From Bacteroidales bacterium (lineage in GTDB: Bacteria > Bacteroidota > Bacteroidia > Bacteroidales > FEN-979), in NCBI GenBank assembly GCA_028706295.1, contig JAQWBQ010000003.1:34441-98440 (forward strand): DNA of 64,000 nucleotides, written 5' to 3'. Below the pieces are notes generated by a model. The model saw nothing but the letters and a program-made list of their open reading frames with translations. It was not told the DNA's origin and searched no databases. How positions within the stretch are numbered: position 1 is the stretch's first letter; each line of letters starts with the position of its first letter. The position numbers were made by a program, and so were the translations under genes. This document shows, piece after piece, positions 25,063 through 34,178 of the stretch.

Positions 25063-26562
25063 ATGAAAATCATTTGTTTGTCAATTATCATATGGCATGT
25101 TCTTACCATTACAGCCATTGGTCAGCAGCAGGGGATGGTTTCTCCCGGCATTTTTAAACCTTCGGCAACGGAAGATTCTATCCGGAAAACAGCATTGGAC
25201 TACGCTGAAGGATATTATTCGGGTGACGGCATCCGGATGAGCAGAGCCATTCATCAGGACCTTAACAAGGCATATCCCAGGTACATACAAAAAACCGGGG
25301 AAGTGGCGCTCAGCTATTCAACATACAGTTCACTGGTGGAAGCATCCACAGCTAAAGTCGGTTTTCTGGCTGATACGGCAAGGCATTTAAGTGTAACAAT
25401 CCTGCACATGGAACCAACCGTTGCCATGGTAAGAGTCAATTCGGCCCAATTCAATGATTATCTCCAGGAAATAAAGATCAATGGTGAGTGGAAGATCATC
25501 AATGTGCTCTGGAACGGTCCGCAGAATATTGGCTGGCTGAAGGATTTTAATCCCGAAAAGGAAAAGAAGGAGATTGAGATCGTTGCGAACAGGTATCTCA
25601 GGGGCCAGCAACGGGGTAATGCCGGAATGCTGGGCGAAGCAGTATCGCCCGATTTCAGCCGGGCTACCATCATTCCGATCGGGCGGGATGGTCGTTCAGC
25701 TGTTCAGCGATCGGGATGGGAAGGTTTAATGGAAAACGCAAGAGCAGGGATTGGCAGGCAGGATGAGGCCTTACGCGACAATACCATCGAAATTCTCGAC
25801 GTGATGGACGGGTTGGCGATGGTGAGGTTGCAGACGGCGACCAACCTGGAATTTCTTCAGATGTATAAGGATCCACAAGGTTGGAGTGTGTTCAATTCCT
25901 TTTCGACCCCGAGGACTGACCTAAATCTCAACGATCTTTTACCGGCCATAGCCGGTGAACCGATGCCATCGTTTTCACTTCCGGTTTATCAGGGTGGGAA
26001 TTTTTCCTTATCCGATCATCAGGGGCATAACATCCTGCTCATGTTCCCGAGGGGGAGAGTGGGCAATGGCTGGTGCCTTTTCTGTCAGTATCAATATCTT
26101 GATCTGGTTGACCTGGAGAAACAAGAGCAACTACAGAAGAAATATGATCTGGAGATCGTTTTCGTTCTTCCCTATGGAAAGGATGACATTGAAAAATGGT
26201 TTACTGCCTTTCCGGCGTCGATGAAAACGCTGGATGGGATCCGGAATCCGGCAGGCGGACAGGCAGCAGGCCTTCAAAAGGAATTTGCGGATTGGGCCCG
26301 GATACATTACCCGAAAACTTTCGATCTTTCAGCCGGGGTTCCCAAATCAATTCCTGTTTTAATCGATGAAAAAAGAGCGGTGTCAAAAAAGCTCAAACTC
26401 TTCACGGAATTTTGGGATGGGGTTCAGTCGGAGCAGAATATCTCTGCGATTTACCTGGTTGATAAACAGGGAATTCTTCAATGGAAATACATCGGTCAGA
26501 TGACCGAAGACAGGCCGTCGATGGATCATGTTCTGAAAGTGATCGATAAAATGCTCAGATAG
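25063..26562 (+). CDS. Secreted fusion protein: two NTF2-like (lumazine-binding-like) modules plus a C-terminal redoxin/peroxiredoxin-like domain
   Basis: Has a signal peptide and two similar ~140-aa modules (..YAEGYYSGDG..MVRVNS..W.IINVLW.. and ..YLRGQQRGNA..MVRLQT..WSVFNSF). The C-terminus reads PMPSFSLPVYQGGNFSLSDHQGHNILLMF.....WCLFCQ (CxxC). Confidence 0.5.
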   Translation: MKIICLSIIIWHVLTITAIGQQQGMVSPGIFKPSATEDSIRKTALDYAEGYYSGDGIRMSRAIHQDLNKAYPRYIQKTGEVALSYSTYSSLVEASTAKVGFLADTARHLSVTILHMEPTVAMVRVNSAQFNDYLQEIKINGEWKIINVLWNGPQNIGWLKDFNPEKEKKEIEIVANRYLRGQQRGNAGMLGEAVSPDFSRATIIPIGRDGRSAVQRSGWEGLMENARAGIGRQDEALRDNTIEILDVMDGLAMVRLQTATNLEFLQMYKDPQGWSVFNSFSTPRTDLNLNDLLPAIAGEPMPSFSLPVYQGGNFSLSDHQGHNILLMFPRGRVGNGWCLFCQYQYLDLVDLEKQEQLQKKYDLEIVFVLPYGKDDIEKWFTAFPASMKTLDGIRNPAGGQAAGLQKEFADWARIHYPKTFDLSAGVPKSIPVLIDEKRAVSKKLKLFTEFWDGVQSEQNISAIYLVDKQGILQWKYIGQMTEDRPSMDHVLKVIDKMLR

Positions 26563-26679
26563 TGGCAATTGCTGAACGGCTCTCCCCCTATCTGCTTTTC
26601 GACGGTTGTCAGGCGATCTCATTATATCACGATCGAAGCATTGATTATTCCGGTTAATCTGCCAATGCTTTGTCCATGG

Positions 26680-28509
26680 TCAATTACCTGCCAGGGATTT
26701 GCATATTTCCAAATTGATCTGCCTGATCTTTTCCAAATCCGGTTTAATCACTTTCCGGTCGTAGGTCATCAATCCGTTGACTTCTATCTCCACATCGGTG
26801 GTCTGTGTGTAGATGGCCGCCGAAAATCCAGAAGGGATCAGTTTTTTTAGTTTTTCAGCCATTTCGATATAGGCAGTGGTCAGTTCTTCGGCATTTTTAT
26901 ACTCCACATAGCCCCAATTCCGGTCCTCAACCCACAGGTGTCCCGGCAAGGCCAGCCCGAGTCCACCATATTCTCCCAGAACACAAGCCCTGCTGCCATC
27001 ATAGAGTGTCATTTCAGGGTCGGGATAGTGGTGGATGTCGAGTATGTCACCGACAGGATAAAAGTTTCCGCCACTGGCAGGATTGACCAGTCGGGAAGGG
27101 TCATAGCTTTTGGTCCACTCGGTGATTTCCACCGTTTTGAACTGTCCCCACGACTCGTTGAAGGGAACCCATGAAACCACACAAGGATTGGAAATCAGCA
27201 TATCGATGATGGATTTCCATTCGGTCCTGAAATGATCCTCCGATTCTTTCGACCTGACAGCTTCCTGGCCATTGAAGAACTGCCGGGTCTGCCACTGGGG
27301 GCCACGGTCACCGGAGGGCATATCCTGCCATACCAGGATCCCTTCGCGGTCGCAATGATAATACCAGCGCGCCGGCTCTACCTTGACATGTTTACGGATC
27401 AAATTGAAACCCAATGACTTGGTAGTAACAATATCATATCTTAAGGCCTCATCGGTGGGTGCGGTGTACAACCCGTCGGGCCACCAGCCCTGGTCGAGCG
27501 GACCAAACTGGAAATAATCCTTGTTGTTCAACTGAAGCCGGTAAATCCCGTCGGCGTCCCTTTTCGTGGAAATCTTCCGCATTCCGAAATAACTTTTCAC
27601 CCGGTCGACCGGTTGTCCATTGACTATCAAAATGGCTTCAAGATCATATAATTTCGGTGATTCAGGGCTCCAAAGTTTCGCATCTGTTAACCCCAGCAAA
27701 ACCTCCTGTCCGGTCACCGATCTGCCGGAGGCGATCACCTTTCCCTGGTCAAGAACCCGGATCTCGACCAGAGATGACAAGTCAGATGTTCCGGTAGTGG
27801 CAATGATTGAAACAGTGCTCCGGTCGATATTTGGAATAGTCCGTAATCCGGTGATATGATTTAAACCTACTGGTTCCAGCCAGACAGTCTGCCAAATTCC
27901 GGTCACCGCGGTGTACCAGATACCATGCGGATCGGAGACCTGTTTTCCCCTGGGCTGAAAGCTTTTATCGGCCGGATCCCAGACCCTGACGACCAGTATT
28001 TGTTCCGCACCTTTAATCAGATAGGGCGTAATATCGAAGGAAAACGATGTGTAACCTCCCTGGTGGGATCCGATTTTAAGATCGTTGATCCACACATCGG
28101 CTTTCCAGTCGACTGCCCCGAAATTCAGGATCACGCGGTTCTTTCGCCATGACTCAGGAAGGGTAAAGGAGCGGTGGTACCATAACTCATTTTCAACTCC
28201 GACTTTTTTTTTAACTCCCGACAGGCTCGACTCTATCGCAAAAGGTACGAGGATCTTCCCGTCGAACTGCCCCGGTAACGCGCTTCCTTTGGGAAGGATC
28301 GCATAATTCCAGAGACCGTTCAAGTTCAGCCAACCTTCCCGTTGCAGCTGGGGACGCGGGTATTCGGGTAGCGGGCAGGCGGGATTGATTTGGTCGGCCC
28401 ACCTTGTTTTAATATGGTTGCCAGCTGGTTCCCACGATTGGGCAAAGACAGAATTTATAAAAGCCAGGTAAAGGACCAGGCTTAAGCAGCGTAATTTTTC
28501 TTTCATCAT
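26680..28509 (-). CDS. Glycoside hydrolase family 2 enzyme
   Basis: Has a signal peptide. GH2 sugar-binding pattern (ILNFGAVDWKADVWINDLKIGSHQGGYTSFSFDITPYL) and TIM-barrel motifs (FNLIRKHVK, NPCVVSWVPFNESWG). Confidence 0.7.
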   Translation of the reverse strand: MMKEKLRCLSLVLYLAFINSVFAQSWEPAGNHIKTRWADQINPACPLPEYPRPQLQREGWLNLNGLWNYAILPKGSALPGQFDGKILVPFAIESSLSGVKKKVGVENELWYHRSFTLPESWRKNRVILNFGAVDWKADVWINDLKIGSHQGGYTSFSFDITPYLIKGAEQILVVRVWDPADKSFQPRGKQVSDPHGIWYTAVTGIWQTVWLEPVGLNHITGLRTIPNIDRSTVSIIATTGTSDLSSLVEIRVLDQGKVIASGRSVTGQEVLLGLTDAKLWSPESPKLYDLEAILIVNGQPVDRVKSYFGMRKISTKRDADGIYRLQLNNKDYFQFGPLDQGWWPDGLYTAPTDEALRYDIVTTKSLGFNLIRKHVKVEPARWYYHCDREGILVWQDMPSGDRGPQWQTRQFFNGQEAVRSKESEDHFRTEWKSIIDMLISNPCVVSWVPFNESWGQFKTVEITEWTKSYDPSRLVNPASGGNFYPVGDILDIHHYPDPEMTLYDGSRACVLGEYGGLGLALPGHLWVEDRNWGYVEYKNAEELTTAYIEMAEKLKKLIPSGFSAAIYTQTTDVEIEVNGLMTYDRKVIKPDLEKIRQINLEICKSLAGN

Positions 28510-28944
28510 AAGAGGGGATTACTTAAATACAAACAATATTACCATTTATTCAAAGGAAGTCCGGACGTTCGGAATCCGCTCTTGCAGGAAGACGTTGCAA
28601 CTTTTCTGTGGTTGAGAGTATAACCATACACTTGTTCCTGACTCCTAGCGAAGCATCATGTCGGGTCGGGTAGCCTGCCTTATCCGGGCAAAGCAGGCCT
28701 TCAGGTTTTCCTGCCTGAAAACGGGTATGCCCATGGGAACGAGTGGAACGGTGAAACCCGGGCATGTTATAAAATAAAAGATGAATGGAACTGTTGGTCA
28801 GGGCCATTATTAAAATCCACAATTTGTGGCCTGAAAGAAATTTCATATGATTCTGATCAAGCGATAAAAATACAGATTATCCTGAATCCGGCAGTTGTCG
28901 GGCAGAAGGAAATTACAGGATATTTTATCAGGTATTTTAATTAT

Positions 28945-28952
28945 TATCTTTG
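28945..28952 (+). promoter_or_regulatory. -7 promoter box (TATCTTTG)
   Basis: Lies 37 nt upstream of ATG 28989. It overlaps the ORF-track TTG start at 28950, which argues against that start. Confidence 0.45.
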
Positions 28953-28988
28953 CCTGTAAGAATCAATCCGTTTACAATTTCTAAATCA

Positions 28989-30659
28989 ATGACCATGGAT
29001 AGACCATACACTGTATCCCGCTATCTTTTGCACCGACTGAAAGAAGTTGGTGTTAATCATCTTTTCGGAGTTCCGGGTGATTATAACCTGGATTTTCTGG
29101 ATGAAGTTATGTTAAGTCCCATCAAATGGATTGGAAACTGCAACGAATTAAACGCCGGGTATGCGGCTGATGGGTACGCCCGACTCAATGGTATCGGAGC
29201 TGCCGTTGTTACCTACGGTGTGGGCGGATTAAGTATAATCAATGCCGTGGCAGGTGCTTTTGCTGAACTTGTCCCCATTATCGTCATCAACGGAGCGCCA
29301 CCGGCACGACGCAGGGAGGCAGGCGCCATGGTCCACCACCTGGTTTCCAATTATTACCTCCAATTGGATATCTTCAAAAAAATCACTGCCGATGCGGCAC
29401 TCCTGACTGATCCCAACACGGCTCCGGATGAAATCGACCGGGTATTGAAAAATGCCGTGTTACAAAAACTGCCCGGTTATATTGAGCTTCCGGCTGATAT
29501 GAATAATGTTCCTTGTCGTGCTCCGGAAAAACCTCTCACCATGCTTCACCCGACCTCTGACCCTGACAGCCTGGCAGAGTGCGTAAAGGAAGCTGTTGAA
29601 ATGATCAATAAGGCTGAAAGTCCAATATTTCTTGCCGGTCTGGAGGTTCTCAGATTTGGATTGGGTAAAGAGACGCTCCAGTTGATAGAAACATCTGAAG
29701 TACCTTTTTCTACCATGCTTTCAAGCAAGTCGGTGTTACCGGAATTACATCCGCAGTTTACCGGGATCTACCAGGGTGGATGGAGTAAACCGTCGACGCG
29801 ACACCAGGTGGAAGATTCCGACTGCCTGATCTCACTTGGCGCCTGGATGACGGACCTGGATACCGGATTGTTTAGTATTAATCTCGACAGCAGGCGCATG
29901 ATCACAGTGGGCGGCGGTCAGGTTCGCATCGGAAGCCATTTTTACCACCAGGTACAGCTTGGGGATTTCATCCGTGAACTGAGTTTAAAAATACAACCCC
30001 GTTCATACCTTGCCTCCCACCCAGCTGAGTCCTATCGGCCTAAACAACCATTCGTTCCGGAATCCTCCCGAATGCTCACAGCAAAAAGACTTTACGAATG
30101 CCTGAATTTTAACCTCAACGACCAATTAATCCTGCTATCGGAACCGGGCGACTCATTTTGTGCCTCTCCGGAATTCCACATTGAAGAAGCGGAAAATTAT
30201 ATTGTTCAATCCTATTACTGTTCCATCGGATTTTGTACCCCTGCCGCACTGGGCGTCTCTCTGGCACGTCCGTCGAAACGGCCGGTTGTCCTGACCGGTG
30301 ACGGAGCATTTCAGATGACAGCTCAGGAAATTTCCACCCTGATCCGTGAAAAATGCCCGGCGATCGTCATTCTTGTTAACAATGATGGTTATTTAATCGA
30401 ACGTTACCTTCACCAGGATGGAAGATACAACGATATCCAGATGTGGAACTATGCCGCCCTCCCCGGTGTTCTGGGTAATAATGATGCAGTTGTCGGGATT
30501 AAAGTAAGTACCGAAGAGGAACTTGAAAAGGCAATGCTGACCGCCCTTAAAACAACTGATAAACTCATCTTTATCGAAGCATGCATCGTGAACCGTGATG
30601 CCTCTTTCGGCCTGGAACGACTTGGGAATACATTCCGGAGCGCCCAGCAGAAAAAATAG
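28989..30659 (+). CDS. Thiamine-diphosphate-dependent alpha-keto acid decarboxylase (indolepyruvate/phenylpyruvate/pyruvate decarboxylase family)
   Basis: N-terminus YTVSRYLLHRLKEVGVNHLFGVPGDYNL, NELNAGYAADGYAR, and the TPP-binding motif GDGAFQMTAQEISTLIR.....VILVNNDGY. Confidence 0.75.
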   Translation: MTMDRPYTVSRYLLHRLKEVGVNHLFGVPGDYNLDFLDEVMLSPIKWIGNCNELNAGYAADGYARLNGIGAAVVTYGVGGLSIINAVAGAFAELVPIIVINGAPPARRREAGAMVHHLVSNYYLQLDIFKKITADAALLTDPNTAPDEIDRVLKNAVLQKLPGYIELPADMNNVPCRAPEKPLTMLHPTSDPDSLAECVKEAVEMINKAESPIFLAGLEVLRFGLGKETLQLIETSEVPFSTMLSSKSVLPELHPQFTGIYQGGWSKPSTRHQVEDSDCLISLGAWMTDLDTGLFSINLDSRRMITVGGGQVRIGSHFYHQVQLGDFIRELSLKIQPRSYLASHPAESYRPKQPFVPESSRMLTAKRLYECLNFNLNDQLILLSEPGDSFCASPEFHIEEAENYIVQSYYCSIGFCTPAALGVSLARPSKRPVVLTGDGAFQMTAQEISTLIREKCPAIVILVNNDGYLIERYLHQDGRYNDIQMWNYAALPGVLGNNDAVVGIKVSTEEELEKAMLTALKTTDKLIFIEACIVNRDASFGLERLGNTFRSAQQKK

Positions 30660-30669
30660 GTGTCATCGT

Positions 30670-31962
30670 CTAATTAATCAAAAGCTTCTGGTTGAAGCTT
30701 CCCTTCTGATTTTCCAACTCTACGATGTAAAGACCTTGGTTTAATGGGATATCGAGAGCAGCTTTTGTCTGGCTTCTCAGTTCCTGCTCCCGGATCAGGG
30801 CGCCTTTTTCATTGTAAATCCGCAGGGTAGTCGTACCGGTCAACCCTGTCATCTCAATGTTTATCAATCCTCCGAAATTCGGATTGGGATAGATGTTAAA
30901 TGATGGTTCGGAACTTTTACCTTCCATTCCCAAAGGTGGAGTAAGAAAAGCATTCAGCGCCCTGGTGGGTTGCCCGTTATTATTCCAGCAACTCAATTGA
31001 TACCCGCTCCACGACTTGGCGCCCTCCGGCTCCCAATAGATGACTCCCAAACCCCTCGAATTATCAATGGCGCTAACTTTGTTGATTACGGCCACCAGCA
31101 TGTCGTAAGTGTTCTTCACCTTTGTATAATCGCCCCCGACTTCAACAACCATAACGTCTTTATTGTATCTGGTTACCAGATCGGCTAAATTACTGCCAAG
31201 ATTGTTAATGGTAACTGTATAATCGGTCCCAAGCCAATATGGATAATATGATGCACCAATAATATCGTAGCGGACTCCCTTTGCTTTGGCATTGTCGAAA
31301 AAAGTCCTGAACCTGAAATTGTCGTTACCCTGATCCAGATGCAGAATGACTTTTATGGTACTATCAACGGCTTTCACGGCATCGTAGCCCCGGTTCAGCA
31401 ACTGAGCAAGTTGTGTCCAGTTGTCGGTGCTCCCGTCGGGCCATAACATACCCCAGGTGATCTCATTTCCGATCTGAACCCATTCGGGCCTGGCACCCAC
31501 AGATTTAAGGGTATCCAGAACTTCATAAGTATGGTCGTACAGATCGGTCAGCAACTGGCTGAATGAGTGCGTAACCCAGGCAGCCGGCTTATTTTGTTTT
31601 CCTGGATCTGCCCAGGAATCACTATAGTGAAAATCGATCATCACCCGCATACCCAGGTCCCGGGCTCGCAATGCCATCATCGTAACCTCCTTTTTGGAAC
31701 AATGGCCATTGATCTTGTCATCTGATGGATTGACAAAAACCCTCAGTCTGACTGTATTGATCGCCCTGCTTTTCAGGATTTCAAGGCAATCCATCTGCAC
31801 ACCGGTTGTGTCATAGAATTTAAAACCGGTCGCTTCCATTTGTTGAAGCCATCCGATATCAGCGCCTTTGACGAATTGACTGTTCCCGGTTTCGGGGAGC
31901 AGGATCAGACAGGTCAGCACTGAAGTGTAAAAGATTTTTCGAAGAATGGAGAACCATTTCAT
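30670..31962 (-). CDS. GH53 arabinogalactan endo-beta-1,4-galactanase with T9SS C-terminal sorting domain
   Basis: GADIGWLQQME, VRLRVFVNP, VQIGNEITWG (acid/base E), VMVVEVGG (nucleophile E). The C-terminus is FNIYPNPNFGG...GLYIVEL. ATG 31962 is preferred because a -7 box lies inside the ORF-track extension. Confidence 0.75.
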   Translation of the reverse strand: MKWFSILRKIFYTSVLTCLILLPETGNSQFVKGADIGWLQQMEATGFKFYDTTGVQMDCLEILKSRAINTVRLRVFVNPSDDKINGHCSKKEVTMMALRARDLGMRVMIDFHYSDSWADPGKQNKPAAWVTHSFSQLLTDLYDHTYEVLDTLKSVGARPEWVQIGNEITWGMLWPDGSTDNWTQLAQLLNRGYDAVKAVDSTIKVILHLDQGNDNFRFRTFFDNAKAKGVRYDIIGASYYPYWLGTDYTVTINNLGSNLADLVTRYNKDVMVVEVGGDYTKVKNTYDMLVAVINKVSAIDNSRGLGVIYWEPEGAKSWSGYQLSCWNNNGQPTRALNAFLTPPLGMEGKSSEPSFNIYPNPNFGGLINIEMTGLTGTTTLRIYNEKGALIREQELRSQTKAALDIPLNQGLYIVELENQKGSFNQKLLIN

Positions 31963-31979
31963 AGCATCTTCCTTTTTTA

Positions 31980-31987
31980 CAAATTTA
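31980..31987 (-). promoter_or_regulatory. -7 promoter box (TAAATTTG on the minus strand)
   Basis: The reverse complement of caaattta lies 18 nt upstream of ATG 31962. Confidence 0.45.
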
Positions 31988-32147
31988 AATATTCTGTTAC
32001 CATGATCCATCACGGAACTGGTGAAATTATTTGTTTCGTTTTCAGATTTCCTTTACCGTGTAAGAACACCGGGATCGGATGACTTCCGCTTCGGTCGCCT
32101 GATGATTTAAAGAGCCCGGTCTGAGCGGTATGATGGTGAACTTTTCT

Positions 32148-32155
32148 TACATTTG
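32148..32155 (+). promoter_or_regulatory. -7 promoter box (TACATTTG)
   Basis: Lies 21 nt upstream of ATG 32176. Confidence 0.45.
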
Positions 32156-32175
32156 GAACTTATTTCATCAAGTTC

Positions 32176-34110
32176 ATGCACCGGTTCGTCACATTGCTTT
32201 TCCTGCTATTTTGTTTTAATTCCATAGCGGCGAATAACACTGACAGTCTGACGCAGATTATCAATGGATCGTCGGGGATCAGGAGAATTGATGCCATGAC
32301 AGCACTCGCTGAAATATATAAAGCCCGCAACGAAAGCATGCAGACAGAGAATTTGTACCGTAAGGCACTTGCCTACATTTCTGATGAAGGGGACCAGGAT
32401 ACTGCAGTACTTCGCCGGCGTATGAATATCATGATAAAGCTGTCGGACCTGATGTTATTTGAAAAGGCCTCTTACAACGAATCGACCCCGTTGCTGCTTG
32501 AAGCCCTTGCTTTTGCAACCCGTATGAATGATACAAAATCGCGGGGCCTGATATGCACTTACCTGGGATTCAATTACCGGTTTCTTGGCAAATATATTAC
32601 CGCGGCCAGATTTCTCGATGAGGCCATCCGGGTTACCCGTATAGCCGGCGATACCAACCGCCTGATCTCAGCTATGAACGAACGTGCCAATGTATATTTT
32701 TTTACCGGTGATACGGTTCAATCACGCGTACTCCATCTTAAGGCGTTGGCTTTGGCAGTCAGGACGGGAAATCAACATGCACAGAATTATGTCAGCCATG
32801 ACCTGGCTTTTATGTATTTGAACCATAAAGAGTACCGGAGAGCGCTGACTTTTTTTCTGATCAATTATGGAAGTTGCAGTCCGGAAATGGATCCCCGTCA
32901 ACGCGCAATTTCCGCGATTAATATTGCCGATGCATACCTGAATTTGGGGGAACTTGACAGTGCGTTTGTTTTTCTGAACAAGGCTGATTCGGTGGTACGA
33001 CGTAACCGGCTGAACCATGAAAGAATTATTGTTTATCAAAAACTCAGCGATTACTATGCCCGAAAAGGAGGTTTTGATAAAGCATATTCCTATCTGATAA
33101 GATTTCATCAGTTAAACGACAGCATTTTCAATTTACAAAAGGAACGTCAGATTTCTGAACTTACCCGGCAGTACGAACTGAACCGGAAAGACCAGGAAAC
33201 GGAATTGCTCAAGCGTCAGTACCGCATAACGGTAATTATCGGACTGATTACCGTCTTACTGTTTCTCTTCATCCTGGTACTCCTGTTGCATGACCGGAAC
33301 CGTCGCCGGCTGATCAACCGGGAGCTTGAAAAACGAAACGAAACTATCAGCCGCGGGAAGGACAACCTTGAACTGGCTTTTGAAGTGCTTCGCAAAAATG
33401 AAAAACAACTTGCAGAAGCAAATTCGGCAAAAGATACCTTTTTCTCAATTATTGCCCATGATCTGCGCAGCCCGTTTCATGCCCTTCTGGCGTTTTCGGA
33501 GATCCTGCAACAATCGCATAAACGAATTCCCGATGAAGAAAGAGAAGAGATGATAAATGTTATTAAAGATTCAGCCGGAAATCTTTATAAACTGCTTGAA
33601 AACCTGCTCGAATGGACCCGAACGCAGACTAACCGGGTTGAGGTGAAACCCGAATTGTTCCCGATGGAGCGTGTCATTGATAAAAATATTGAATTGCTTG
33701 CTCCCCTTGCCGCGAAAAAGGAAATTCACATTGATCATGAACCAGGTAACAATTGCCAGGCATTTGCTGACCCGGGCATGGTGGATTTTGTGTTTCGAAA
33801 CCTTTTATCGAACGCAGTAAAATATGTACACCGCGGAGGCCGAATATTGATCCGTACAAATCTGACATCTGAAGGCGTTCTGCTTAGTATTACAGATGAT
33901 GGAGTCGGAATTCCACCACAAGACCTCGAGAAACTGTTTCGCATTGACAGTAAAATTAAAACTCCGGGAACAGAAATGGAAAAAGGGACCGGGTTGGGAC
34001 TAACCATCTGTAAGGAGTTTGTCGAAAAAAACAATGGGCGGATTTGGGCTGAAAGCACCGAGGGGAAGGGAAGTACATTTTACGTTTTATTGCCCAAGCC
34101 TGCTGTTTGA
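32176..34110 (+). CDS. Orphan sensor histidine kinase with periplasmic/extracytoplasmic TPR-like repeats
   Basis: Signal or TM segment, ~330 aa of TPR-like helical repeats, a TM helix (ITVIIGLITVLLFLFILVLLL), a coiled coil, H-box FFSIIAHDLRSP, N-box LLSNAVKY, and G-boxes DDGVGI / GTGLGL. No response regulator is adjacent. Confidence 0.8.
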   Translation: MHRFVTLLFLLFCFNSIAANNTDSLTQIINGSSGIRRIDAMTALAEIYKARNESMQTENLYRKALAYISDEGDQDTAVLRRRMNIMIKLSDLMLFEKASYNESTPLLLEALAFATRMNDTKSRGLICTYLGFNYRFLGKYITAARFLDEAIRVTRIAGDTNRLISAMNERANVYFFTGDTVQSRVLHLKALALAVRTGNQHAQNYVSHDLAFMYLNHKEYRRALTFFLINYGSCSPEMDPRQRAISAINIADAYLNLGELDSAFVFLNKADSVVRRNRLNHERIIVYQKLSDYYARKGGFDKAYSYLIRFHQLNDSIFNLQKERQISELTRQYELNRKDQETELLKRQYRITVIIGLITVLLFLFILVLLLHDRNRRRLINRELEKRNETISRGKDNLELAFEVLRKNEKQLAEANSAKDTFFSIIAHDLRSPFHALLAFSEILQQSHKRIPDEEREEMINVIKDSAGNLYKLLENLLEWTRTQTNRVEVKPELFPMERVIDKNIELLAPLAAKKEIHIDHEPGNNCQAFADPGMVDFVFRNLLSNAVKYVHRGGRILIRTNLTSEGVLLSITDDGVGIPPQDLEKLFRIDSKIKTPGTEMEKGTGLGLTICKEFVEKNNGRIWAESTEGKGSTFYVLLPKPAV

Positions 34111-34151
34111 TCAATGTACTTCTTTACCCCTGGCCCATCGTATAAATTTTC

Positions 34152-34159
34152 TAATTTTG
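34152..34159 (+). promoter_or_regulatory. -7 promoter box (TAATTTTG)
   Basis: Lies 20 nt upstream of ATG 34179. Confidence 0.45.
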
Positions 34160-34178
34160 TGATTTGAATTTTAAAAGC

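Noticed and set aside
28554-28765. Assignment of the structured spacer to a known RNA family: RNase P RNA (AGGAAGTCCGGAC resembles CR-I; GAAACCCGGGC resembles CR-V), a TPP riboswitch (GGTTGAGAG...CCTGAC...AGCGAAG), or a cobalamin riboswitch (minus-strand AGGCAGGAAAACCTG resembles a B12 box).
   Set aside because: RNase P: the two blocks are only ~200 nt apart, the other conserved regions are missing, and the 5' part would overlap the GH2 start. TPP: the P4/P5 helix and the ACCC/AGGGA pairs are absent. B12: the GCCACUG and GGUG..AAUCC elements are not in the right order. None can be supported without a covariance-model scan.
28550-28846. A 98-aa minus-strand ORF in the long spacer upstream of the GH2 gene, considered as a possible small secreted protein.
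   Set aside because: After a short hydrophobic start, the sequence is dominated by Arg/His/Pro/Gly, as expected from translating GC-rich structured DNA. It has no promoter box and no homology signal. The region is treated as non-coding.
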